Assembly: GCA_013265495.1 (NCBI GenBank)
Contig: MU057724.1
Span: 1,627,102-1,691,101 of the forward strand
Direction: 5' to 3'
From: Vicugna vicugna
Taxonomy: Eukaryota
Length of the DNA: 64,000 nt
A program made the translations under genes and the position numbers. Below are positions 28,211 through 41,908 of the stretch, one piece after another (the first letter of the stretch is position 1; each line of letters starts with the position of its first letter). The notes under the pieces were generated by a model. That model was not told the DNA's origin, searched no databases, and worked only from the letters and a program-made list of their open reading frames with translations.

Positions 28211-30677
28211 CAGGATCACTTCCTTCCCAAACCACGTTGGTCCCACCAACAAGGCCCCACGCACTGCCTCGCACTGCCCTCCCCTCCTCATCCTAAGCAG
28301 CCGCCTCAGTCCTCCAGCAACATCCTGACCTGGGCAGCCCCACTTCCCCTGCACCGGGCTCCTCCGCAGCCTCCCTCGGGTGGTCTGCGGAACACAGCCT
28401 CTGGTCAAACACCTCTCTGCGAACATCTTTCCCCAGCACCCCAGAGAGCAGACTTCTGGCAAATTCCATCAAGGAGGCACCACAGCAACACCTCCGCTCT
28501 TCAGTGAGCCCCATGCCCTCTCACCAGGTTTGGATCTCAGCCCCCATGGCCTCTCCCCCGAGGGCTCAGTCGTAGACCCAGGGGTAGGGGCTGCTCCTTA
28601 TGCCATTTCCAGAGTCTTCAGAGCTCTCTTTACTCACAGCCAATCCCCTTTCAGGTAATAATTCCTTACATTAAACTCCGCCTGTTCAAATGACCACGTG
28701 GTTTCTCTTTCCCATTTGGACTAGACTGACACAAGCCTGAAGACTGAATGCCTCCATTCAGGTCAATGAGGAAATGAAGGACAAGCAGGCAGGCGGGAAG
28801 ATGAGCGGGGCGCCCCCGCTGCTGACGCTCCGCCCCGGACATCTGCAGTCCCACGGACCTGCCTTAAGTTGCCATATCTTCCAACACTTCTCCCTCACAC
28901 CGTCCTTGTTTTTTTAAACTTCTAAGTATTTGAAAGTGTTTTATCTTGGTTTCCTGTGTTAAACACTGGTCACCAGCTTTTCTGTGTTATGAGAGCTGCC
29001 CACCATGATCACAGAGGGAGATCAGACAGCCAATAGTGACCGAGAGGACTGAGGGCAGCAGCGCCCATCCTGCCGTCCTCAAGTTCCAGCTCAGGAGACA
29101 CATCGCTGAGCCAAACTTTTAGACAGAAGGATGCCAGGTGGCCTCATCTACTGGGAGTCAGCTTACACATGAGCTTGTTCACCGAAGCATCACATCCTTC
29201 TGGAACCCTTGCTTCCCTGTATAGACTTCACTGATCATTAGCACACCTGGAAAAGGATAAAATAAAACCAGTGAAAAAGTCATTAAATTTCATGCAGGCA
29301 TAGTAGGCAAGCTAAAAACAGAAATTCACAAGGGAACAAGGAGCAGGGCAACAGTAGAGCCAAAGTCTTGAAAGAGATGCCAGAGATAAGTGATAGTAAA
29401 GGCTACTTTTTCTTGCTAGTGGCATTTCAAATGAAAAGAAGACCAGGCCACCAAAACACATTCATTGGAAAAAGCAGTCCCAGAGTTGTAGGAACACGAG
29501 GGAAAACTAAATATAAAAACAGGCAGAAAAGAATTCAATGAACTTGTCTTACTACTCATTTAGCAGAAAATAATTCTGGAAGAAAGCAACATAAAAGACA
29601 CTAAATAAGCCACACAAATTTTGCTGCTGTCCTAAAAATGCAACACTGGGCCAGAGAAGGGTAGTAACTGCCAGAAACACACCCTCATGTTTCTATAGCA
29701 CATTTGTTTTATTTTAGTGTGTTCAGCAGGAAGGTGTATGTGTTTCGGAGGAATAAAAATATTTTCAAAGACAGTAATTTCTAGTAATTTGTCTTATCCA
29801 ACTACCTTACTGTAATTTTTCCTTTATTTACTGCTGGTGAGCCTAGGGTCAAAATTTACTTACGTGTATTTACAGTGAATGCACAGGACAGTCCTTCTTT
29901 CCTACTGAGAACAAACCATATATTCTACTCTTTCAAATACAAGACTCTGTCCCCCAAACCAGAAAGACTCCATCTGGCATTTTCACAAGGACCCCAGCTT
30001 CTGTCTGCCAGAAAAGTGACTTAAACCGCTGTTAACTTTGTCCACGCTTCCCTCCAACGTACTGCCTCAGGGAAGTTAGGGCAGGTATGTAATTCTCCTT
30101 TCTTCTGCTGAGCTGATTCAAAATCACCCTCCTCTTCAATACAAACTATCCAGTGTAATTAATAAGTTACTAATCTCACAGAGTGGGTGTTCCCACCATC
30201 ACTTCAAATTGAATACATCCCAAACCAAAACCTTCCCCACAGCCTCTCACCTTTCTATCTAGCTACTCTCCTCAATTACTCCCATTGCTCGTAGTGACAA
30301 TTCCATTCTTTTGCTGTGTTTATCAATTTTAGCTAGACTACTGCAACTAACTTCAAGATGGTCTTCATACCTGGAGTTCTCCCAAAGTCAACAGTATGCT
30401 GCATACCATTTCGATTCACCTGCCAAATATACCACTTTTATCATTAAAGGACAAAGGTCTAGAAACTCAAAGGTGCCTCCAGGACACTACGAAAGTAAGA
30501 GAAAAACCCCACCTGGCAAGGCTCAGGGCCACTCCCATTTAAACGCAGTAGCACTGGTTTTAACTTTTTTGTTAACAGTTTTGTAAATGTCACCTCAGTA
30601 TTTTTTGTTGGGAGAAGAGGCTGCTTAGCAATCACTTCCCTAAGGAATCAAATGATTACAGTATTGAAAAAAAAAAC

Positions 30678-31110
30678 TATTAGTTTTTTATCACCGCCAT
30701 AACAAATTACCAAATGAAACTGCTTAAAACCACTCGGGTTTATCACATTATAGTCCTGGAGATCAGAGTCTAACACAGGTCTCCCTGGGCTATGACCACG
30801 GTGTCGGCAGGGCTGCGTCCCTTTTTGGAGGCGCTACGGGCAGGAGGCGGGGGGTCGCTTGCGCTTTCCAGAGTCTAGTGGCGTCTGCTTTCTTTGGCTT
30901 ACGGCACTCCCCCCAACCTTCAGAGCCGGCCATGTCAAGCCGAGCCCCTCTCACTCTGCCTCCCTCTTCCTCTTCTAAGGAACCCTGAGATTACATTAGG
31001 CCCGTCAGCTAAGTAGCAACCTTAACTCCCCTTGGCCATACAGGGAAACACACTGACAGGGTCCAGGAATTACAGCATGACCATCTTGGGGAAAGGGGTG
31101 TCACCTGCCT
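30678..31110 (-). mobile_element. MLT1 (MaLR) LTR
   Basis: ATAACAAATTACCA...CTTAAAAC...GGTGTCGGCAGGGCTGCGTCCC...GATTACATTAGGCCC...ACAGGGTCCAGGAATTA. Confidence 0.75.
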
Positions 31111-34100
31111 ACTGCGCCACCCAAACTCTACAGCAGAATGTTGCTCCACGGAGAATCAAACAAACCCTACTTAAACCTGTACATGTGAGGACTGAATCCA
31201 TTCCCTGCTCTCCTCCTTCTCACCCAAGATACAGGAAGTGAAATGGGAGATCACAAGGATAATCAGTGGCAAGAGAGCTCATATTCCTCGACAGCACTTG
31301 GAACTCATTTTCTTCAACACGATGCACAGTCACGTGAAGGCAGCCCCAAGTCCTCTGAACAGCAATAACTATACCACAGGCTAAGTGTTCAAGGACTCTA
31401 AAGAAAACCCTGAAACTCAATTTGAAGTACTAACTAAACACTGCAACAAATAAAAACATTAACTTTTTGGTTTAAGTATTACTAAGCCATGTAGTCATTT
31501 TTTCTTATAAAAGAAAATGTATGCCCACTACTAGCCCTCAAAAAGTATCACAAAAAAACTTCAGCATTCCTAATATATTACACCCCTGGGAGGAACTGTA
31601 CCTAAGCTTAAAACTGCTTAGGGCTCAAATCTGCTCAATTCCTGACCTTACCTTTAGGACAGTGGGAAGTCACTGCGCAGAATCATTCTGAGCACTGGCA
31701 AGGATGCAGTTCAGCCCAAGCTAAGACCCTCCCCGTGGGAGCTGACACTCCCACCAGGGTATCTGTAGCAGATTCAGAACTGGCCAGACCTTAATGCAGT
31801 GCCATTCCCCGCGGGCCTCAAGAGGGAGCACCTTCCTCAAAACAGACTGCCCTGCGGCTGATGCTTTCTGCGCGTCACTACAGATGAACGGGAAGAGACA
31901 CAAGCCAGGAGAACACCCAGACAGTCTGGAGCAGGACTTGATTTTAATAATGCTCTACACAACACAACCACTAATACAGATATAAAAGGAAGCAAGCAGA
32001 CACTGAACCTTATAAATAAGCTGTGGGCTAAGAGTGAGGGAAAGGCCCAGAATCCAGCATATTTATGAAGGTCTGAACTCCAGGCCTTTACCTTACCAAT
32101 AGCCAGCAACTTTACTATCAACTATACCTCAATTCTAAGAATCAAATGAAATAACATAACATTCAAAATTAATTTAAAAATTCTATTAACATCATTGAGA
32201 GTAAAAAGAATTAATGTTGCAGATAAATGAAAGACAGCTCTTTAAACTTCAAAGATTAAAACAAATTAACTAAATTCTTCCTACAGTGTAACAGTTCCAG
32301 AGTCCTAGAGAATATCCAGTATAATTCAACATTCCTTGATGGTTTCCAAATCATCGTGAAAGTATTAGTGATAAGGGCATGCAGGAACACCTCTGGGTCC
32401 ATGTGTGCAGCACAAACACTCCACAGTTCAGAATTCCATCCTTCCCTCTCAAGGCAGTCATTTCTCATTTCTTACTTTTGACCAGATGATTAAAACCTGC
32501 TGTTTTCCACACAACTCTGTGGAGCCAAACGTGGATCCACAGCCTGTCTGTCCCTGACGGCTTCCTGGCTACATCCAGGCCTTCCTCCTCCTCTTCACCT
32601 CGGATCGGCACACACGGTACCAACAGGGAGACTGTGCCCGAGCCCGGCCTCCAGCGTGAATGGGCACAGCTGCTGCGTCAGGTCCCTCGCTCTGCCAAGC
32701 AACGGCCAAGCTTGTGATCTTGGAAAAGCAGTGTGACTCGTGAAATATCATTACTTTTCCTATCAGTGTTGAGCACTTACTGCATAGGAAGCTCTGCCAC
32801 TTTTATGTATATTAACTCATTTAATCTTAACAAAACTGTGTGACAGTATTATTTCTGAGGAAAGGGGTTAACTTGCTTAGGAGACAGAACTGGCTTTGAG
32901 TTCTAGGTCCACCTGACACCAAGCCCTTTGTCCTTAAAGACTACAGATCATTTCACACAAAAGAAAGCAAATTCAAAAAGAGGAAATAACTCTGAGTTCA
33001 TGTGTTTATAAGACAGACCTATGATACTCATCAGACAGGACACTCTCTGACAAGACTATTATAAAGACTAAATAAATGGAAAGTTACAAGAAAGTGTGAA
33101 AATGTTAAACCACCAACATAGTAGCATCTCGTACTGCACAGTTCCAGGAAGACCACACAAAGACAGTGTGCGACTTCCGGGGGCGGCACGGGGAAGGGCA
33201 ATCACACTGAGCCCGGTGCGAACGGTGCCCCCGGAGCTGTGAGCCGCGGACGTGCACATACACGTGCGTACACAGCGTGCACCCACAGATATATAAACTG
33301 TACTAGCGAGGTACAATAAAACCAGGGATCACTAAAATAAAAAGTTGACAACTGAACAAGTCCTTAACAAGAAAATGAAAGCTTACATATAGCTTAGATA
33401 AAGCTTTTTTGCCATAAACAATAAGGCAGCTTAACTATTTTAAGACCATGGTGCTTCCCCTCCCTTTGCTTTAGAACCAAACCAATTTCATGAACAGTTA
33501 CAGTACAGATATTCACGTAAATCAACTGTAGAAAAGTCTAAATCTTTCTTTTTCCATTTCTAATTTCTCCGGTTCATAAAATAATACAGGTTCAAATCAC
33601 TATTTGCAGGAAAAAAAGTCAAGTGCATTAAACCATTAAAGTGGCTAAGAAATATCTGAAGTAATTCTTTCAGAATGGGATTTACAATACCTGGGAAATC
33701 ACTACCCATCACTGCCAGGCTTTTTCTTAAAACTAAAATTGTAGTGACTACCTTCATGTGTTCCAAAGTTTGTTCTTATATTTGAGTCTTGAGATGACCA
33801 AGAATTTAAAAATCCACTCTAGTCATCCAGAGACTACCATGCAAACATGAGCCCAAGAGTACCAGGACTCATAGAAGTCACAGGGATAAAATATGCCATC
33901 CTTCTAAATACTGTAAAACAAAGGCTCACTTTTTGTTAGTAAGCTTTGGCATTTCTAAATACTTCTTCCTAATAAATTTAAGATCCAGCATCTTGAAGAT
34001 GGACTACAAAAAATAGAATGCTATGTAATCAGAACAAAAGCTCTGAACTATTAATCCAGGAGCAGCAACAGAGGTGGACACTAATCCAGCCACCGACACC

Positions 34101-37100
34101 CGCGTGGTTCCCTTCACCAACAGCTAACCACTCAGCGCTGGGTGGTAGTGTGGGCAAACCACCTGACAAGCTACATCTGGGCCCTGCTGCAGCCTCGGTT
34201 ACCTGGCAGAGCTTCCAGGTCAGAGAAGATTCAAGCACTTGCGCTTCCCACGCTTAAATGGCAGCTGGATTTATAAAGCTGGGCTTTCGTCTAGTTGGTG
34301 TCCTCATTAACACACGTAACTCTCAGAATTAACTAGAGGAATGTCACCCCAGGTGATTACAGTCCCGAGAATCTGTTTCTTTTTGACCCACGTTCTCTAG
34401 TCTTTCTACAGTGACCTCTTACTGCTATTACATGTGGCAGGGTCTGGGGACGAGCAAAAACAATGACCTTTTTACTTGTTATTTCTACATGGCCAGTAAA
34501 GTTTGTGTAAGTGACCAAAACAGAATCACAGGTGTTCAGGAATGAGTCAGTGCAAATGAACCACTGTTACGAAAACCTGAACCAATGGACCTAGGCAGCA
34601 TAAAAAGAAACGGCATATCAAACACCTAAAACCTAATTTTTTGATGCCTGTCAGAAAAACATTCAAGTCCCATATTTAGGACAGAATGACTGAAAATAAC
34701 AAAGAAAAAACAATTCATCACTATTCAGAAAACAGTGTCTACTACGGTATTAGAAAAAAAAAAAAAAGGCACAGCTTGAGAAACGCTGAATGACTTGTCC
34801 GGAGTAACGTGCGGGCCAGTTAGAGCCTCGTCAGCCACCACATGTCACACAGTGACACACAGCGGTTATGGCGCCATTGGGCCAAGGGGCAAAGAGCACG
34901 CACCATGCACCCTGGACCCCATCGTCGCCTTACTTACTTGTCAGTCCAGACAATCTGACTTTTAGTATTCTTACTCTTTGCTATTCAGTAGGACTCTGAC
35001 TGACATTTTTAAGATGCATGAATGTTATTTTTGTTTACACATGAAGTCTGAAAGGATTCACACCACACCGTTAAAAAAAATTATCACTACCCAAGCAGCC
35101 CACGAGGTACAGGTGTGGATGGGAGAGGTCCGCTGAAGGAGGAATTTGCTTACCTTATTTCGGTACTTTAAATCTTATCTCTGAACATACAATAACTCTA
35201 CAATAAAAAATTTAACGACCTCATAAAACACACTGTATTGTCGGCCATGACGCTGCCTTCTAGATGATATACAGGGATCTCAGTTCACTCCCTGAACAGA
35301 ATCCCTGTGACAAATATACTATTGCAGGCCATGCTCCCAGAGATGAGTTTCCAGAAAGCACCACTTCCAAGCACAGAAATTCTTAACACGCGCAGAGCTG
35401 GCCCTTGCCCAGAGCAGACCATCAGTCATGGGAGCTGCTACCAGTCGCCACTGCCACCCCTACTGTGGACCAAGGACTCCGGCGAGCATCTTCACGTGGG
35501 CCCAGCTTTCCCTCCACGCACTTACCATCAATCATCTGGCCTTTAGCAAAGGAATCCATTTCACTCCCCACCAAGAAACATCCACCTCCGCTTTCAAACT
35601 TCATTTTTCCCTAGACAGAAAGATCTGCTACTTTTTATTTCTCTTCCTTCAAACTGCTGCCTCAACAGGAGTAAAAGTAAATAGCTGGAAAGAATCTAAA
35701 TGCCCTTCAGTAGGGAATATGGTTAAGTAAATTGTAATATATACAGTCTATATATGTAGCAATATGTAACAGATACTTTGAAGCTGCAAAAAAGCATTTT
35801 TAAAGAATGAAGAAATTCTTTATATAGAATACTAGAGATACACTGAATGAAAAATGCAAGTGAAATTGTTTGCAATGTACCTCATCTTTAAGTAACTGGA
35901 AAGAAAAATAGTATTTATTCAAATTTACTTGTATACAAATGTTTCTCTCATATCATTTCAGAGATGAGTGGCTACCTCCCAGGAGGAAAAGTGGGAGGCT
36001 GAAGAGGAGACATTTTCAGTCTATAAACATTTTATACCACTTCAACTTTGAATGATGATTATATTACCTCTTTTCAAAAACAATTAATATTTTAAATTTG
36101 CTTAAAAATTTTATCCTCAGAGAAATATCTGTGACTATTTTCATATTTTATGAAGTTGAGAGCAGGTAGACTAACAAATTTATTAGTCTGAGAATCAATC
36201 TCACCCCATCATAATCATGCACTTAACATTCCAAAAAGATACCCACGTCTCCCTGTCACCAAGGTGTCCTGCATTCTCAACTCCTAACAGAAAATGTTTT
36301 ATTTTTATTTCATAAAGCAAAAACTAATTACTTACTAAGTAGTTAAACTGTAACACAATATAAGATGCAAAGGTAGATACAAGAGAAATATAAAATGTTA
36401 CCCTCTGCACAGTAACTATTAACCTTGATGGATTCAAAACAGTTTGAGATTTCACATGAGCACTTCAGGAAGCAGAGTTCCGTACAATCCATGTGAGGGT
36501 ATCTCAGCTGACCAAAAAGTTGAAGCTTCTGGGTATCACCAAAAGGAACAAACAGCTCTGCAGCACAGGCAGAGCACTACTCTTTCATATCCAAATAAGC
36601 ACAGAGAAAGCTATGACGCTGAAAAGCTTATAATAATATTGCAGTTCATTTAAAAATGTGTAATTCAACAGCATGAAAAAACTTCAAATGTCAAACCACT
36701 GACTTTGAGAATTTATAGTCATATACTATTTATCTATATAACTGTCAATAACTCAGACATGTGCATATAGAAAAACAAAACTGAGCTTTTAAAAATAAAC
36801 AACTTATCTTAATTACCTAGCAATCAATCTGAAAATTGAACTCATTTGATAGCCTACAACAAGAAAATTTGGTTGTGTTACACACACACACAATTAAAAA
36901 CTCCAACCAACTATTTCATGTCATATACCAACTAAAATCAAATACTACTTAAATGCCATTAATGGGGCAGGTGACCAGAGATCATTTTCACATTCATTCA
37001 CACACATTTCCTGATCATCCGTTGGGAGACGCAAGGGATAAGAAGACACGGTTTCTGCTTTCAAGCATTTCATGATCCAATTACAGCTGTCAGAGTACTC

Positions 37101-37399
37101 AAAAACAAACTCAGCATAGGAAGTTCTCATGTGGGGATTAAACAACTGTGCAAATGCGTGGAGACCTCACTACCAGACAGGGAGGGGCCCCACGAGATGC
37201 AGTGCATCCTTCTATGTGGAAGACTTCCAAAGGGAGAAAATTCGAAACATAAATGCATCAGAAACCAAAAGTTTGAATAAAACAAGAAACAAATTTGAGA
37301 AGGAGCACAAGGGCCAGAGAACACAGTTTTGAAAGGCAACAATGAGGAGCAAGGATCTTATTCCAGAGTTGGTCAGGAGCCACTCAGTGGAGGCACAGA

Positions 37400-37585
37400 G
37401 GTTGAGATCACAGACTGGGAAGACACGCCTGGGATGCAAACTCCAGTTCTGCCTACTAGCAACTCCTTCAGGCTCATGAAGACTCAATTTCTCCATCTGT
37501 GAGGTCGGATGGAAGTACCTATGACATAAAACTATTGTGAGGACCAAATGAGACAAAGCATGCAGCACGGTGGCTGACACAAGAA
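37400..37585 (+). mobile_element. MIR SINE fragment
   Basis: CTCAATTTCTCCATCTGTGAGG...GTACCTATGACATAAAACTATTGTGAGGACCAAATGAGA. Confidence 0.65.
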
Positions 37586-40500
37586 AGTACGTTTTGGGGT
37601 TTCTTGTTTTGTTTACTTCTGCAGGCAGGGGGGAAAAAACATGATCAGGGCTGCATTTAGCACAATTAATTTGACAGCAGTAGGCATGATGGATGGCAAA
37701 ACCTAGGGATTAGACTGTCGCCTGTTAATGGCAGTTGAAGCAAAGGGATTAAAAGTACTTCACTGCTGGGAAAATGGAAAAGAGGCAGGAGAATCAGGAA
37801 CCACATGCGATAAAATGACAAATTATTCCTGAAAAAAGAGAGAGTAAAGAGCTTTGATTTTGAGCCTAGATGACTAAGAAAATGTTAGGGCCTTAATATA
37901 AACAAGTAAATGAGGGAAAGAGAATTCAGTTTGCAAAGAAAACAATTCTGAATCCATTTGATTCAAGACAACAAAATGACAGCCACTTAAAGAGTCTGTC
38001 AAGGAAAACAACAAAAGACAAGCTTGCAGGAAAGATACAGAAGCAGGTGATGCAGAAGCAGGGCCTCAGCAGAGGGACTGAGCTGTGGGAACCCTGGGTC
38101 TGTCGACCCACCGGGAAGAAACCCAGCTCCAAAATGGAGACGAGAACATAAACGAAGGCCAAAGGGACAAGGAGTCTGACGTGCTGGCCGGGGAAGAACC
38201 CAGAAGACAAGGGGCCACAGGTGGTTACACTTGAGATTAGAAACTGAACTGACGTGATACTGTGGTTATCACCAGTTGTTAAGCGCCTGAATGTTACTGG
38301 AAAGTGTTAATTATTCCAACTCAACCCCCAGCAGGACATAGCTAACATAGGATAATAATTATAATTAGATTTGTTTCAGTATCTCAAAGTTCAAAGAACT
38401 GTAACTTCTAAGTTCTCATCTCCCTTGACAGCCATCCACACACCTGACTCTGAGGAACCCCCACCTTTCCCTCTGTCCACTCTGATCACTACCTCTCAGG
38501 TTTTCTCCCCTCTATTTTGGCTTTTCTTTCATCTTAACTAGCTTCTCCCTAGAAACAGAATTATCAGGGAACACGTCTTTTAGGCAATTCCCCAACAGCT
38601 GCTTTACACTCAGTTTTAAAATCCCAACTAGATTTTATACTCCAGACAGTACCACCTGATGCTTCTTCTGTTATCATTCATAGAACCTAAATAGTTTATT
38701 GATTTCTGGCTACCCATGAATGTATGTCCCCCAACAGGATTTTCGGGCTAAACTGGAAAGTAAACTTTGTATTTCTTCCAATCAGCCCTAAAATCTCTCA
38801 TTAATTTTTGAGAATACACACACAGAGCACTGGATCCCCCATTCTCCAACAGCTAGAAGTCATATTATAAAGACATCTTTCTGGTGCTGAATTATTTTCT
38901 GTGTCCCACAACTATGAAACCCACTCACACACAGCGTAAGTTGTTCAAGAAATAAGTGATGGCAATTATGTCATCCAAATGTGAATCTAATTACCATCCT
39001 TAACAACTGCCAGGAAAAAAAGCTCAAATATTTCCGTATACATAGGCTTCTTCTCAAGTACATATTACAACTGATCATACTTTAACTTCAGTATTTACCA
39101 TATTTCTTTAAACCACACAGCTGTCACATCTGCTGAAAAACCAAAACAGATTAATACACCATAATATTAAGACATATACTATACTGTCTACCATTATGCA
39201 TTTTTAGGAGACCATAAAACACCAAAATAAACAAGGAAACTTTAATCTTTTCAGGGCACTCTTTGTTTTCATCATCCTGGTTTACAGATAGTATAAATGG
39301 GTTCATAAAAATAACACTAAATGAAATGAGATTATCCATTCAAGTCTGCAAGGAACAGAACATCTGTAAGAGCTAAAACTACTGTGGTGTCCAAATTTAC
39401 CATGGCATCAAGTGGAGTGACTAGAGATGGAAGTAACGCAATCCTCCATCTTCCTGGTTAATGGCATCACCTCAAGGAATTTAGTATTTTAATAATACAT
39501 CATCAGAAACCTCATTTAGAGTTTCACACTACTTGTCCTTTAGATGATTTTTCAACGCACACACTTATGTTCATATCTCTACTTTGTAAGGAACACTTCC
39601 AAGCCAAAAAGGAGAAAGCAAGCCCAAGATCAGTAATTTTGCAGAGTAACTGTCATTAAAGGGAGGCAGCATGGCAAAACAAAACACAGGTTCTTGGATT
39701 AAGCATGCCTGAGTCTAACGCAGTTACCAGCAGGAAAAAGGCACTAAATGGACCTTGAGCAATTGACTTAATCTCTCAGAGCTTCTGTTCAAAAATCCGT
39801 AGAATGGGGAGAATGCCACCTATGCTGTGAGAAACACATAAGAAAGAGCATTATCGACAACAATAACTAAAATACCATGGATGTTTCTGATTCCTTCTGA
39901 ACCCATTTCCCCAAATAATAAAATGCTACACAACTGGGCCTAAGATTTCAGGGTGCACATGTTTAGAACCAGACAGTTCTTTGTGATTACCCTACTCAGT
40001 TCTGCATCATCCCTGGAAGCCAGCACCACGATGAACACACAGCACATTTTTAATAAATACAAGTCAGTGATTAAATCAACCGAGCCTCCAGTTCTTCCGC
40101 AAGCAGAAACATAAAATGTAACTGAGATTTCCTCGCTTTCTGTCTTAGTAGTAGTAAGCAGTTAGTATCACTTCCCACTTAATGGCTTACTCCCTGTTGT
40201 TTACCATCAAGACCATTTTTACCTGTCTTAAATACAAGCTTGTTGGCTGCTGGCCTTCTACCTTACCTCTTTTCCACACGGGTAGTTCATGTGTGAGGGA
40301 CTGAATTTGTTTTCAACTGACCATAGGGAATTTAAGTTTACTCTGAAAAATGCACGTAAAAAAACAAAACATAAACTATTTTCGTAATCTGCTTTATGAA
40401 GTCACCGGACTCCTGTAAGCTACCATTAAGCTCTGTGTAAACACATTACTCAACTTCGTAATATGTAAGTATCCCCAACTGGCCCTAGATGTTCTGAAAG

Positions 40501-41556
40501 TTTTACCACATTGTGTTTCAAAATATTAGTTTGTAGACCTTGCTAAAAGCTATTCAAAAGCTAAAAGAATGTAGAAACGTTGACAGTATGCAGCAATAAA
40601 ATATATAGCTGTGTAGTTTTTAAAAAGAAAGATGTGGTAAAATGGAGACATATCTGCTGAGTATTGTCAGTCAGTAAAAATCGTATGCTACATATGATCC
40701 CAACTTCGTTTTTATAATATACTTATTACATGCACAGAAAAAAATCCTTAATAGTTAGATACCACACTTGAAGACTGATTACTCTGGGAACTAAGATGGG
40801 GGTAAATGAGGAGGGGAGCAGACTTCTTCATTGTTAGGCTGCTTAATTTTTTCTTAAAAAGCATGTAACACTTGTTATCATAATTTTTAAAACTGGAAGA
40901 AAAACTATTGGTAAAACCATACTTTCTCCTCCGTATCCAAATGTTTCGAATATGCAATTTTAAAGATATAGTTAGAAAAAAAAAGATATAGTTAGGATCT
41001 CTCAATTTTAAAAAGAGGGCAAACAAAAACACAGTACTGGAAGCGGGGCTGAAAAAGAAAAAGAAAAAGACAAAAGTCCGATTTGCAAAATTACTCCCCA
41101 TGTGGTTCTACTCCTGAATCCTCTCTACGCCGGCGTCTGAAATCCCCCAAGGACGGGCCGCGCACTTAAACGGCAAAAAACGCTCCAACAAAAAAACCGA
41201 AAGTAAGAAAACGCGAGCGCGGCCCCAGCCCCCAAAACCACTCCCCGCCCGGCGCCCGAGGCGTCCCGAGCCGACGTGGGCCGGTCCTCCGCCTCCGGTT
41301 CAAAACAACAACAAAGTCACGGGGTGGCGGGGAAGGCCCGCCTCGGCGGTTCCCCCGCCCGGGTCAGAGCCAGGACGGCAGGGCCCGACGCGGCCCCTCG
41401 GCCCCCTCAGCCGCCCGGGCCCCCCGCACCCTCCGACGTCCCGGTCCCCAACGCCGCTCCGCCGCTCCGCCGCCGGGTCCCGACCCCCTGGCCCTCTAGA
41501 CCCTCCGACTCCTGAGACCCGGCCCCTAACCTGCCCCAGTGCCCTCTGCATGGGTC

Positions 41557-41760
41557 NNNNNNNNNNNNNNNNNNNNNNNNNNNNNNNNNNNNNNNNNNNN
41601 NNNNNNNNNNNNNNNNNNNNNNNNNNNNNNNNNNNNNNNNNNNNNNNNNNNNNNNNNNNNNNNNNNNNNNNNNNNNNNNNNNNNNNNNNNNNNNNNNNNN
41701 NNNNNNNNNNNNNNNNNNNNNNNNNNNNNNNNNNNNNNNNNNNNNNNNNNNNNNNNNNNN
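41557..41760. other. Assembly gap (204 N) inside the CpG island
   Basis: Run of N characters. Confidence 1.
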
Positions 41761-41834
41761 GCGGGCGGTCGGTCAGCCCGCCGCGGCAGGCACAGGTGAG
41801 GCGCTGGGACTCGGAAGGCTTCGCGGCAGCCGGC

Positions 41835-41908
41835 GCCGCCGCCGCCGCCGCCACAACAACACGTCCGCCGCTTCCTCCTCGGCCGCCGCCGCCGCCGCCG
41901 CCGCCGCC
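41835..41908. repeat. Two GCC trinucleotide tracts: (GCC)6 at 41835-41852 and (GCC)9 at 41882-41908
   Basis: Counted directly. Confidence 0.95.
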
